The position numbers were made by a program, and so were the translations under genes. A stretch of 64,000 bases of DNA from an uncultured Gemmatimonadales bacterium (GTDB lineage: Bacteria > Gemmatimonadota > Gemmatimonadetes > Gemmatimonadales > Gemmatimonadaceae). Below are positions 50,101 through 61,854 of this stretch, in pieces (the stretch's first letter is position 1; each line of letters opens with the position of its first letter). The notes beneath the pieces were generated by a model that was not told the origin of the DNA, searched no databases, and worked only from the letters and a program-made list of their open reading frames with translations. The DNA lies in NCBI GenBank assembly GCA_963701965.1, contig OY969695.1, positions 2,784,001 to 2,848,000 of the forward strand, written 5' to 3'.

Positions 50101-53100
50101 CCGCAGGTCCGCTGGTGGTATCTCGCGGTCACGCTCCCCCTCATTGCGCTGTGGGGCGCCAGTCCGAGCATCGCCAATGCGCTGAGCGCGCCCGCGGTCC
50201 GGCGCGAACGGCGGCTGTCGGCGGCCGAGAGCGCCACGGCACTCCGGTACGCGCTCCTGCATTGGCATTTCTTTGATCGCTTCGTCACCGCCGATACGCA
50301 GTGGCTGGCCCCCGACAACTTTCAGGAGGACCCGAGTCCGGTCGTGGCGATGCGCACGTCGCCGACGAACATCGGTCTCCAGCTCTTGGGGCTCGTCTCC
50401 GCGTACGATCTGGGGTTCTTGTCGTCCGGCGCGCTGATCGATCGGCTGGAGTTGGTGTTCCGGACGCTGGAGCGCATGCCGCGCTTTCGCGGCCACTTCT
50501 ATAACTGGTACGATCTCCGCGACCTGCAGATCCTGGAGCCGGCGTACGTCTCCACGGTCGACAGCGGGAACCTGGCGGGCGATCTCCTGGCCTTGAAGCA
50601 AGCGTGCCTGAGCCTCGCCGATGAGCCGGTGGTCGACGCGCGCATCTCGGGATGCCCTGCAGACGGCGCTGGATCTGGCGGTGGGCAGTCTGCGGTCGCT
50701 GGCGTCCTCCGGCGACGTGGCCACCCCGAAGCAATGGCAGGCCGTCGTCGAAGCGGGCGAGCGCGTGCGCGCGGTGCTGCAGTCGCTCCTCCAGGCGCAG
50801 ACCGAGAAGACGGTGCAGAAGACGACGCTGCAAACGCTGGCCGAGCGGCTGCGCACCGCCGAGCGGATTCTCGTGGAGCGCGCTGACGATCTGGCCAACG
50901 GCGACCTCATGCCGGGGCGCGACTGGATCATCTGGAGCCGTCAATTGCTGGAGCGGTGGGCGGCCGACGTGAACGCCGTCGGCGATGGCGCGATGAGCCT
51001 GCGCCAGGCGGCGGCCACGTCGTCGCACGCGGCCGAGCAGGTGAAGCGGCTGGAGGCGCTGGCGGCGCGGGCCCACGAGTATGCGATGGAGATGGATTTC
51101 CGGTTTTTGTACGACGAGCGGCGGAAGCTCTTTTCCATCGGGTATCAAGCGGGCGCCGGCCAGCTCGATGCCTCACTCTACGATCTCCTGGCGTCGGAGG
51201 CGCGACTGGCGAGCTTCATCGCCATCGCCAAGCACGACGTGCAGGTCGAGCATTGGTTCAAGCTCGGGCGCGCCCTCACGATGACCGCCAGCGATACCGC
51301 GCTCATCTCGTGGAGCGGCAGCATGTTCGAGTACCTGATGCCGGCACTCGTGATGGAGTCCTTTCCGTTCACGTTGCTGGACCAGACCTACACCGGCGCC
51401 GTGCGACGGCAGATCGCCTACGGCGGCGAGCGCGGCGTGCCGTGGGGCGTCTCGGAGTCGGCGTACAACGCGCGGGACCGCAACCAGACGTACCAGTATC
51501 GGGCGTTCGGCGTCCCCGATCTGGCGCTCAAGCGGGGCTTGAGCAAGGACCTGGTGATCGCCCCGTACGCGACGATTCTGGCCCTGATGATCGAACCGCA
51601 CCACGCCATGCGCAATCTCGCCGCGCTGGAAAAAGAGGGCGCGCTTGGGCCCTTCGGGTTCCGCGACGCGGTCGACTTCACGCGCCCCGCGGTCGGCTCC
51701 AACCACGCGCTGGTCGGGTGCTACATGGCCCACCACGTCGGCATGAGCCTGGTGGCGCTCAACAACGCGCTGAGTCCCAACCGCTGGCCGCTGCGATTCC
51801 ACTCCGACCCCATAGTCAAGTCGGTGGAGCTGGTGCTCTACGAGCGCATTCCCCGGCGCTTCGTGCTGACCGAGGCGCAGACGGGCGAGGGCGATGAAGT
51901 GCCGCGGCGCCGGGGCTCGGAGAAGCCGGCGGCGCGCGCGCTCGACACGCCGCACACCCCCCAGCCGCGGATTACGCTCCTCGGCCACGCGCCGTACACG
52001 CTCATGGTCTCCAACGCCGGCAGCGGCTACGCGCGATTCGAGAACTATCAGGTCACGCGTTGGCGGAACGATGGGACCGTCGACCGGCACGGCCAGTGGT
52101 GCTACGTCCGCGACGTTGCGACATCCCGGCTGTGGTCGGCGGCGTTCCAGCCCGTGGCCGTGGAAGCCGACTGGTACCGGGCGACGTTCGCATCCGACCG
52201 GGCGACCTTTCAGCGCCGCGACGGCGACGTCGATACCCGTGTCGAGGTGACGGTGGTCCCCGATGATGCGGCCGAGGTGCGCCGCGTGACCGTGACCAAC
52301 AACGGGTCCACCACGCGCGAGATCGAGCTCACGTCCTACGGGGAGATCTCGCTGGCGCCGCCGGACGCCGACCGGTCGCACCCGGCCTTTCAGAACCTGT
52401 TCGTCGAGACGGAGTTCGTGTCGTCGCACGGCGCCATCCTCGCGACCCGGCGGCCGCGGTCGGCCGACGAACGCGTGCTGTGGTGCGTGCACGTGGCGGC
52501 GTCGGGGCCCGAACGCGTCGGCGCCGTGAGCTGCGAGACGGACCGGGCCCGGTTCGTGGGCCGCAACCGCACCACGCAGGACCCGGCGGCGATGGATGCC
52601 GACGGCGCGCTCTCGGGTACGACGGGCGCGGTGCTCGACCCGATCTTCTCGCTCCGGGTGCGGGTGCGGGTCGGCGCCGGCCAATCGGCGCGGGTGGCGT
52701 TCACGACGCTCGTCGCGCCCACGCGCGAGCGCGCGTTGGAGCTGGCCGATCGCTATCAGGATCCGTACAGCGCGCAGCGGGCGCTCGACCTCTCCTGGAT
52801 GCACGCGCAGGTCGAGCTGCGCGAGTTGGCCATCACGCCGGCCAATGCCGCGCTCTATCAAGAGCTCGCCGGCTATCTCCTGTTCTCCGACAAAGTGGTG
52901 CGTCTCCCGGTCGAAGAGCGGGAACCTCTCAAGCGCGGCATCGATGCGCTGTGGGCGCACGGGATCTCCGGCGACTGGCCGATCTTGCTCGCGGCCGTCG
53001 ACGCGGCCGCCGGCGTGGCCACCGTCAAGGAGCTGCTGCAGGCGCACCAATACTGGCGCCTCAAGGGCCTGACGGTGGATCTCGTGATTCTGAACACCAA

Positions 53101-55826
53101 CCCGCCCAGCTACCTGCAGGACCTGCAGGATGAGCTGACCGCGGCGGTGATGGCGTCGACCGAGGGCGGCCTGGTCGACAAACCGGGCGGCGTCATGCTC
53201 CGCCGGCGCGATCTCATTCCGCCCGACGACCTGGCGGTGTTGCGGGCGACGGCGCGCGTGCATGTCGTGTGCGACGGGCTCCGGCTCGCCGAGATGCTGG
53301 AGTTGCCGGAATCGGAGCCGGACTACGGGGCGCCGTTCGAGCCGTCGACGCAGGCGGGCGGCGGCATCGTGAGCGCCGCGCTGCTGGCCGCCGCGGCGGC
53401 GCGGTCCGGTGACGGCGCGCGGGGCGCCGCGCTCATCGATGCCATGCCGCCGCTGGCGTTCGATAACGGCATTGGCGGGTTGACGCCGGACGGCGCCTAC
53501 GAGATCCGCCTCACGACCGGCGTGACCACGCCGGCGCCGTGGACGAACGTGATCGCCAACGAGCGCGGAGGATTTCTCATCTCGGAGAACGGCGGCGGGT
53601 ACGTCTGGGCCGAGAACAGCCTCTTCTTCCGGCTGACGCCGTGGCGGAACGATCCGGTGGGCGATGAGCCGACGGACATCCTCTACGTTCGCGATGACGA
53701 GACCGGCGAAGTCTGGTCGGCGACGCCGGATCCGGTGCGCCACGCCACGCCCTACGTCGTGCGGCACGCGCCCGCCCGCAGCGAGTTCCAGCACAGCCAC
53801 GCCGGGCTGACCACGACGTTGACGCTGGGCATGGCCGGCGACGAGGCAGTCAAGGTCGAGGTGCTGCGGATCACGAACGACACCGGCGGCTCGCGCCGCG
53901 TGACCATCACGCACTATGCCGAGTGGTGCCTCGGCGTCATCCGCGAGCACACGCAGCATCAGGTGCGCACGGCGTTCGACCGCGAGACCGAGGCCCTCCT
54001 CGCGCAGAACGAATACGACGGCGACTTCGCCAGCCGGCGCGCGTTCACCGCCCTCAGCCTGCCCGTGACCAGTTTCACGGCCGACCGGCGGGAATTCCTC
54101 GGCCGCAATGGATCGTTGGCCGCGCCCGCGGCGCTGGAGCGGACCCTCCTGTCCGAGGCCAGCGGGCCGCTGCTCGATCCCTGCGCCGTGCTCCAGACCG
54201 TCGTGACCCTCGCCCCGGGCGAGACGCGCGAGGTCGTCGTGCTCGTGGGCTGCGGCACCAGTGACGACGACTGTCGCCGGCTGGTGCGGGCCTACCGGGA
54301 CCCGCTGGACGCCCGGCGAGCGCTCGACAGGTCGGCGCTGGCCTGGCAGCGGCGGCTCGGCGTCATTCGCGTGCAGACGCCATCGCCCGCGTTCGACGCG
54401 ATGCTCAACAGCTGGGCGTTGTATCAGGCGCTGGCCTGCCGGTTCATGGCCCGGACGGCGTTGTACCAGTCGAGCGGGGCCTATGGATTCCGCGACCAGC
54501 TGCAGGATTCGATGGCGTTCGTGTACGCCGAGCCGGCCCTGGCCCGGGCGCATATCGTGCGCAGCGCGGGGCGGCAGTTCGTGGAAGGCGACGTGCAACA
54601 TTGGTGGCACGCGCACAATGGCCGCGGCGTGCGCACGCGCTTTTCGGACGACCTGGCGTGGCTCCCGTACGTCGTCGATCACTACATCGCGGTGACGGGC
54701 GATGCGACGGTGCTGGACGAAGTCGTGCCGTTCATCACGATGCGCGCGCTGGAGCCCAACGAACAGGAGCTCTACGACCGGCCCGACGTGTCGAGCGAGA
54801 CCGCGACCGTGCGCGAGCACTGTGTGCGCGCGCTCCGGAAAGCGACCACGGTCGGCCAGCATGGCCTGCCGCTCATGGGCATCGGCGATTGGAACGACGG
54901 CATGAATCGCGTCGGCGTCGGCGGAAAAGGCGTCAGCGTGTGGCTGGCGTGGTTTCTCATCGCGACGCTGCGCCGTTTCGCGGCGTACGCCGATGCGGCG
55001 ACGGCCGCCGAGTTCCACGCCAAGGCCACCGCCTACGCCGAGGCCATCGAACGCGAATCGTGGGATGGCCAGTGGTACCGGCGGGCGTACTTCGATGACG
55101 GCACGCCGCTGGGCAGCGCCGAGAACGACGAATGCCGCATCAATGCCATCGCGCAGAGCTGGGCCGTCATCTCCGGCGCGGGCAATCCGGCTCGGGTGCG
55201 CACGGCAGTCGCCTCGGCCTACAACCATTCTCGTTCGCGAAGACGCGCGGCTCATCATGCTGCTGACGCCGGCGTTCGATCGCACGGATCACGATCCCGG
55301 CTACATCAAGGGCTATCTCCCCGGGGTGCGGGAGAACGGCGCGCAGTATACCCACGCGGCGACATGGGCCGTGCTGTCGCGGGCCATGCTGGGCGATGGC
55401 GACGTGGCGTACAAACTCTACGAGATGCTCAACCCCCTGACGCACGCGTCCACGGCCGAGGGCGTCGAGCGGTACAAAGTCGAGCCCTTCGTCGTCGCCG
55501 CCGACGTCTACACGGCCGCAGGCCATCTGGGCCGCGGGGGGTGGACGTGGTATACCGGGTCGGCCGCCTGGGTCTATCGCGTCGGCCTCGAAGGTATTCT
55601 CGGATTTACGCAACGCGGGTCGTCACTCACCATCGCGCCCGTCATACCCGCGGACTGGCCCGGTTTCTCTCTCTCATACCGGTACGGCGGATCGACCTAC
55701 GAGATCACCGTACAGATCGGCGACCACTCAGAGATCACGGTCGACGGCGAAGCCGTCGCCGAGATCAACTTGGTCGATGATGGCGCAACGCATCACGTAC
55801 TGGTGATACGCTCACGGCGGCCCTAG
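47143..55826 (+). CDS. ndvB: Cyclic beta-1,2-glucan synthase/phosphorylase (GT84+GH94), ~2890 aa, with +1 frameshifts at ~50650 and ~55229
   Basis: WLLDNFY, GWERKRGK, SHDLIEG, RWIRGDWQ, SWSGSMFEYLMP, GFRDQLQD, GDWNDG, RENGAQYTH across three consecutive frames. Confidence 0.92.
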
Positions 55827-57323
55827 GTCGCCGGCGGCCGGCCCGTTGATCACTTTGCCATAGGGGTCGAACCGCGATCCGTGGCACGGGCAGTCCCACG
55901 TATGCTCGCCCGAGTTCCATTCGACGATGCAGTAGAGATGCGGACACACGGCCGAGCATTCGTGTGTGACGCCGGCGGAGTCGCGGTAGGCCGCGATCTT
56001 CGTGATGCCGCGCCGGATGACGGCCCCTTCGCCCGGACGGATCAAGTCGACGGTGCGGACTTCGCCGGGCGTCACCCACCGCGCATACTGGCCGGCCACG
56101 TTCAGATTTTCCCGGGCGTAGGCGACGCCCGACCGCATCATGAGCCGCGACGGATCATAGAGCTTGGTCCACGGATTCTCGCGGCCCAGGATGAGATCCG
56201 TGAGCAGCATGCCGGCGATGGTGCCGTACGTCATGCCGTTCCCCGAGTCACCAGTCGTGACGAAGATGTGCGGCACGACGCCGGGATTGGCGCCGATGAA
56301 CGCCAACCCGTCGACCGGCTCCAGGACCTGACCCGACCACCGGCGGATGGGAGCGCCCGCGCGGGGAAACCGCGCCCGGGTCCACGCTTCCAGCGCCGCG
56401 AACCGCGCCTCGGCGTCATCGGCCTGGCCCGTCCGATGATCCTCGCCGCCGACGATCAACATGTCGCCGCGCATGCGCACGTAGTGGTACGGCGTGTCCG
56501 TATCCCAATAGAGCGCCGTCTCGGCCGCGATCCCGGCCGCCGCGCGCGTGTAGGCGATGACGTAGGTCCGATAGGCCGCTTGCTTGGTGTGGAGTGTGAC
56601 CACGTCGTTGACCGGCGCGCCCGTCGCCACGACCACATCGGACGCCGTGATCGTATGCCCGGTGTCGGTCACGACCCGGCCCGGGATGCCTCCCTGCATC
56701 GTCGCGGCGTGGGTGCCGCCGTAAATGCGTCCGCCATCGCGCACGATGGCGCGGGCCAGTCCCTCCAGATACCGCACCGGATCGAACTGGGCTTGCCGCG
56801 GAAACCGGAGGCACGGGCGGTCATTGTACGCCAACGCCGGGAGCGGGGCCTGCGCCAACCGGCGCACGTGGGACAGGCCGGCCCGATCGCAGGCGGCCAG
56901 CTCGCGGTCGAGCAACTCGGGGTCGCCCCCATCGGCGAGGACCAGGTAGCCATCGACCCGCTCGAAGTCGCAGTCCAAGTCTTCGGCGCGGGCGATCGAC
57001 TCGATGCGGTCGATCGCGGCCACGTGGCTCTCGGCGGCGAGCCGCGTCGCGGCCATCCCGTGGCGGCGCTCGAGGGCGAAATACCGGTCATCGAGCACGC
57101 AGGTGATCTGCGCCGTGCTGCGGCCCGTCTCGCCGCCCGCCAGGCCGCCGTCGTCGATCACGATGACGGTCTTCCCTTCGCGGGCCAGGAGATACGCCGT
57201 GGTGATGCCGGCGATGCCGGCGCCGACGACGCAGACGTCGGCGTAGGTGTCTCCGTCGAGCGGGGCGTACCACGGGACCGAGCGCCGGCCGCCGTGCCAC
57301 CAAATCGGAGTGGTCGCGATCAT
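55812..57323 (-). CDS. FAD-dependent oxidoreductase with C-terminal Rieske domain (YhfW-like)
   Basis: VVGAGIAG; CPHL...WDCPCHGSRF. Confidence 0.9.
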   Translation of the reverse strand: MIATTPIWWHGGRRSVPWYAPLDGDTYADVCVVGAGIAGITTAYLLAREGKTVIVIDDGGLAGGETGRSTAQITCVLDDRYFALERRHGMAATRLAAESHVAAIDRIESIARAEDLDCDFERVDGYLVLADGGDPELLDRELAACDRAGLSHVRRLAQAPLPALAYNDRPCLRFPRQAQFDPVRYLEGLARAIVRDGGRIYGGTHAATMQGGIPGRVVTDTGHTITASDVVVATGAPVNDVVTLHTKQAAYRTYVIAYTRAAAGIAAETALYWDTDTPYHYVRMRGDMLIVGGEDHRTGQADDAEARFAALEAWTRARFPRAGAPIRRWSGQVLEPVDGLAFIGANPGVVPHIFVTTGDSGNGMTYGTIAGMLLTDLILGRENPWTKLYDPSRLMMRSGVAYARENLNVAGQYARWVTPGEVRTVDLIRPGEGAVIRRGITKIAAYRDSAGVTHECSAVCPHLYCIVEWNSGEHTWDCPCHGSRFDPYGKVINGPAAGDLGPP

Positions 57324-57351
57324 CGGCGCGCGGGCGCGCCGATCCAGGAGC

Positions 57352-57759
57352 TCAGCCGCAGCCGGGAGCGAGCTCGATCGAGTCCGCCGCGAACGGCGGG
57401 GTGGCCGTACCGCCCCAGATCGCGCACTTGCTGGGTGACGCGCTCGACGGCACGTAGCCGCTGACGACGGTCGCCGTCCAGCCGTTGTTGGTGACGCTGC
57501 TGGCCGAGATCGAATTGGCGGAGGACAGGTGGAACGCGCCGGAGGAGATCAGGCTGGCCGGGTCGGCGTACGTGGCGTTGTCGAAGAAGTACCCCTCCTC
57601 GACTGTCGCCAGGTTGCGCAGGTCGGCCCGCATCGACGTCACGTAGGCTTTCTGTTTCGAGCTGGCGAACTTCGGAATCGCAATCGCGGCAAGGATGCCG
57701 ATGATCACGACGACGATCAGTAGCTCGATCAGGGTAAAGCCGGTACGCCGGGTCGACAC
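57352..57759 (-). CDS. Type IV pilin-like protein
   Basis: GFTLIELLIVVVIIGILAAIAIP prepilin motif; GAGGAG RBS. Confidence 0.9.
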   Translation of the reverse strand: MSTRRTGFTLIELLIVVVIIGILAAIAIPKFASSKQKAYVTSMRADLRNLATVEEGYFFDNATYADPASLISSGAFHLSSANSISASSVTNNGWTATVVSGYVPSSASPSKCAIWGGTATPPFAADSIELAPGCG

Positions 57760-57911
57760 GATGCTCCTCGCGTTTCAGGTCGGGCCCGAGTAAAAGCAAT
57801 GACCGTTCCCACAGCGAGCCGGCTAGTAACATGTTGTGATATCAACACTTGCGGTAATGGGTCGCGGCCCGCAGTCTCCGCGGGCCGCCTCATTCTGCAA
57901 CACTCCCCGCA

Positions 57912-59934
57912 TTATGAAGCGCGTAAGGCGGCCTCTACGACCCGTTCCGGCGTGATTCCCAGCTCTTTGAACAGGATCGGGGCGGGGGCCGAGGCTCCGA
58001 ACCGTTCGAGGCTGACGACGGCGCCGTGATCGCCGACCCATCGGTACCAGGACATCGGATGTCCGGCTTCCACAGCCACGCGCGGGATCCCAGGTGGCAG
58101 TACGCTGTCGCGATAACTGGCGGGTTGTGCGGCAAACAGCTCGTGGCTCGGCATGCTGACGACCCGGGCGCGGACGCCGCGGGCGGCCAGCATCTTCCGC
58201 GCTTCGACCGCGACGGAGACTTCGGAGCCGGACGAGAGGAGCACGACCTGCGGCGCGCCGCCGTCGGCATCGTACAGGACGTAGGCGCCTTTGGCCACGC
58301 CGGCCGCGCTTCCGGCCGTCGACCGGTCGATGAGCGGCAGTTTCTGGCGCGTGAGAACGAGGGAGACGGGTCCGTCCTTGTGGGTGATCGCGACGCGCCA
58401 CGCTTCGGCCGTTTCGTTGGCGTCGGCGGGTCGCACCAGGGTCATGTTGGGAATCGCGCGCATCGTCGACAGCTGCTCGATCGGCTGGTGCGTGGGCCCA
58501 TCCTCGCCCAGTCCGATCGAGTCGTGCGTGAACACGTAGATCACGTGCTGGTGCATCAGCGCCGCCAGCCGGATGGCGGGGCGCATGTAGTCGGAGAAAA
58601 TGAAGAACGTGGAGCCGTAGGGGAGGACGCCGCCGTGCAGCGCCATCCCGTTCAGGATACCACCCATCCCGTGCTCGCGGATGCCGAAGTGGACGTTCGA
58701 TCCGGCGTATTCGCCCGGCGCGAACGCGCCGTCGGCCTTGAGGTAGGTGAGGGTGGATGGATTGAGATCGGCGGCGCCACCGAAGAGTTCCGGTACCTGG
58801 CTCGCGAACGCGTTGAGCACGACCAATGAGGCGGCGCGGCTGGCGACGTTGCCATTCTCCGCCGTGAACACCGGGATGTTCTTGTCCCAATCCGGGCGGA
58901 GTCTCCCGGCGAGCCGCCGGTCGAACTCGGCCGCCTTCTCCGGCTGCGCGGCGGTGTAGGCGGCCCGCGTCTTTTCCCACGCGTCGCGCGCGGCGGCGCT
59001 CTTGCGGCCGGCGGCGCGCCAGTGCTCGAGCGCGGCGTCGGGCACGAAGAAGGGCTCCTGGGATGGCCAGCCGAGGTTCTCCTTGGACAGCTCGACCTCT
59101 TTGACGCCGAGGGCTTCGCCGTGGGCCTTTGCGGTGTCGACCCGGTTCGGGCTGCCGTAGCCAATGTGCGTGCGCGTGACGATGAGCGAAGGGCGGTCCG
59201 TCACCGCTTTGGCGGCCACGATGGCGGCATCGACCGTTGCCAGGTCATTGACGTCCGGCACGTGCTGTACGTGCCAGCCGTACGCCTCGAAGCGCTTCCC
59301 GGCATCATCGCTGTACGTGAGATCGGTGTCCCCGTCGATCGTGATGTGGTTGTCGTCGTAGAAGCCGATCAGCTTGCCCAGCTTGGCGTGTCCAGCGAAC
59401 GATGCGGCCTCGTGCGAGATGCCTTCCATGAGGTCGCCGTCGCCGACGATGAAGTACGTGTGATGATCGACGATCGCCTGACCGGGGCGATTGAACTGCG
59501 CGGCTAGGTGCGCCTCGGCCGCGGCCATGCCGATGGCGTTGGCGATGCCTTGGCCCAGGGGTCCGGTCGTGGTTTCGACGCCGGGCGTCTCGCCATGCTC
59601 GGGATGGCCGGGCGTCTTGCTCCCCCATTGCCGGAACTGCTTGATGTCATCGAGCGTCAGCGCGTAGCCGGTCAGATAGAGCACCGAATACAGCAGCATC
59701 GACGCGTGTCCGTTCGATAGCACGAACCGGTCGCGGTCGGGCCACTCCGGATGGGCCGGGTCGTAGCGCAGGTGGCGGGTCCACAGGAGGTACGCCAGAG
59801 GCGCCAACGCCATGGGCGTTCCGGGGTGTCCACTGTCGGCCTTCTGGACGGCGTCCATGGCCAGAGTGCGGACGGTGTCGATCGCCAGTTGTTCGATCGA
59901 GGATGTCGCCGGGGGGAGGGGCAATAGTCGCCAT
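57912..59934 (-). CDS. tkt: Transketolase (start TTG 59924, or ATG 59934 if the G6 run has one extra base)
   Basis: [39 protein letters not shown]. Confidence 0.95.
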
Positions 59935-59942
59935 GCCCCAAT

Positions 59943-60383
59943 TTATCGCGTGATCGTGAAACTCGCGGTCTCGGCGATCACGGGATTCAGGAGCGTGACA
60001 ACCACGCGGGCGGGACCGGGCGTCGCGCCCAGCGTCACCACGACGAAGGCGGAGCCGGACCCGTCGGTGGAGTCGACGACCGAGCAGGACGGAGCGGTGC
60101 CATCGAGACGGGAGACCAGCGCCGTGCAATTGCCGGCCGCCAGCGGATGGTGCACCAGCGACGTGTCGGCCGTGGGCGCGAACAGGATCCCGCAATGGTC
60201 CGGCTCCCGCGTCCCCTCGAGCAGGATGACGAGCCCCTGGGGCAGCGTCGCGTTCGCGGTATCGCTTTGGAGGTTACCGGACGCGATGATGAGGCGGGAC
60301 CCGCCGGGTTGCGTACTAGTGTTTCCGCAGCCCGCCGCTCCGAACAGGAACCCGATGAGCGATAGTCGCGCCGTGTGCCGCAT
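59943..60383 (-). CDS. Small Ig-like lipoprotein related to the N-terminus of the upstream paralogs
   Basis: Lipobox AAGC, SGNLQSDT, DSTDGSG, LGATPG. Confidence 0.65.
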   Translation of the reverse strand: MRHTARLSLIGFLFGAAGCGNTSTQPGGSRLIIASGNLQSDTANATLPQGLVILLEGTREPDHCGILFAPTADTSLVHHPLAAGNCTALVSRLDGTAPSCSVVDSTDGSGSAFVVVTLGATPGPARVVVTLLNPVIAETASFTITR

Positions 60384-61854
60384 CGCGTCCCAATTTAGCC
60401 GCCGCGGCGCTGGACGTGGGCTGCCAGCTGGGTGACTCGAGATTGCTGGTGTACAGCAGAGGCACCACTTCGCTAGTGGCGACATTGATCAGATCAATGT
60501 GGCCCGTCGACGAGTTGAAGGCGACGAGCCACTGGCCGTCCGGCGACCAGTCGAATCCCGCCAGGTAAAATGAGGCCCCCGCGAGGATCCTGCTGCCCGT
60601 CCCATCGGAGTGCGCGATGCCAATGTTGCCCGCGCAGGCGATTCCGTTGATATAGGCGATCTGATCCCCGGTCGGGGACCACGACGGCGACCACGCCGGA
60701 ATCGAGGTGCTCGTCACCGCTCCGGTGCTCGTCGCGAGGATCCGAAGGACGCGGGAAGAATCGGCGACGTAGGCGACATGCGAGCCGTCGGGTGACGGCG
60801 TCGGATACAGGTCCTCGTCCGGCAGCTGGTTGGGCAAGGAATCATCGTTGCTGCCGTCAGGCGCGACGCGCCAGAGCGACCAGTGTCCCGTGTCTTTCGC
60901 GTAGTAGATCCATGAGCCATCGCGTGAATACTGCGGCCACTGATCGATCGCACCGGGGCTGTTTTCGACCACGTGCGGATGGTTGCTGAGGTCGACCGTG
61001 GTCAACTGCGTGCTGCCCCCGGAACATCCACCCACGGGTTGCGAGAATACCACGCTCGTGCCCGAGGGTGCCCAACGCACGACGCCCACGCCTTGATCCG
61101 GCGTCGCGATCGTCTTCATGCCCGAGCCGTCGAGGTTGAACGTGATGATCCTGGTCAAATCCGTCGCCACGAGCGCGCCGTGTGGGACCGCGGACACATG
61201 GACCGTATCGACCGCTTTGCCCGCGGAGGCGGTAACGGCGATCACGCCGAAGCCCTTGGCGGTCAGCGTCGTTCCCGTGATCGTTCCCGGACCGGATGCG
61301 ATGCCGAACCTCACGACGTCAGTTCTGGCGTTGCCAAACGTGTCGAAGGCCTTGGCTTGCAGGGTGAGGGACGCGTCACCGAAAATCGTGGTGTCTCGGG
61401 GTGACACTCTCACCTGCGCCGCTTTGCCGGGCGTCACCGTGAATGTCGCGGTATCGACGTATCCCAGTTGGGGGACCCGCACCTCGATGCGGGCAACGCC
61501 TGCCGTGGCTCCGAGCACGACCTTGACCGCTGCCTGTCCCAACGAATCGGTGGAGTCGGCAATGAACGGGGCCGGGCCACCAGAGCCAATGGTCTCGACG
61601 TAAGCCTGCTCCCCACCGACGCCGCTGTCGACCGGGAAAGTCACGAATTGCACGACGTCGTGCGCAACCGGTTTGTGCAATGCCGTGATCCGGACCACCA
61701 AGGCCTGGGTGAACGCGCCGCCGACCGTGTCGGATTGTTGGTTGCCCGCGACGAAAACAATGCCCGATCCTGACGACGCGTGAGGCGCCGTGCCCGATCC
61801 ACAGGCCGCCGTGAGGAGGAGGGTCGCCGCGGAGACGGTGCGCTTCAGTGCCAT
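60316..61854 (-). CDS. Lipoprotein with Ig-like domains and PD40/TolB-like propeller
   Basis: Lipobox TAAC, GNQQSDT, PSPDG, WSPTG, WSPDG repeats. Confidence 0.8.
   Translation of the reverse strand: MALKRTVSAATLLLTAACGSGTAPHASSGSGIVFVAGNQQSDTVGGAFTQALVVRITALHKPVAHDVVQFVTFPVDSGVGGEQAYVETIGSGGPAPFIADSTDSLGQAAVKVVLGATAGVARIEVRVPQLGYVDTATFTVTPGKAAQVRVSPRDTTIFGDASLTLQAKAFDTFGNARTDVVRFGIASGPGTITGTTLTAKGFGVIAVTASAGKAVDTVHVSAVPHGALVATDLTRIITFNLDGSGMKTIATPDQGVGVVRWAPSGTSVVFSQPVGGCSGGSTQLTTVDLSNHPHVVENSPGAIDQWPQYSRDGSWIYYAKDTGHWSLWRVAPDGSNDDSLPNQLPDEDLYPTPSPDGSHVAYVADSSRVLRILATSTGAVTSTSIPAWSPSWSPTGDQIAYINGIACAGNIGIAHSDGTGSRILAGASFYLAGFDWSPDGQWLVAFNSSTGHIDLINVATSEVVPLLYTSNLESPSWQPTSSAAAAKLGRDAAHGATIAHRVPVRSGGLRKH

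Noticed and set aside
47143..55826. ndvB, dsbD-N and the GGDEF-EAL gene as true pseudogenes or programmed frameshifts
   Set aside because: Only single-base insertions in a shared context, with no slippery heptamers or other decay; sequencing error is more parsimonious.
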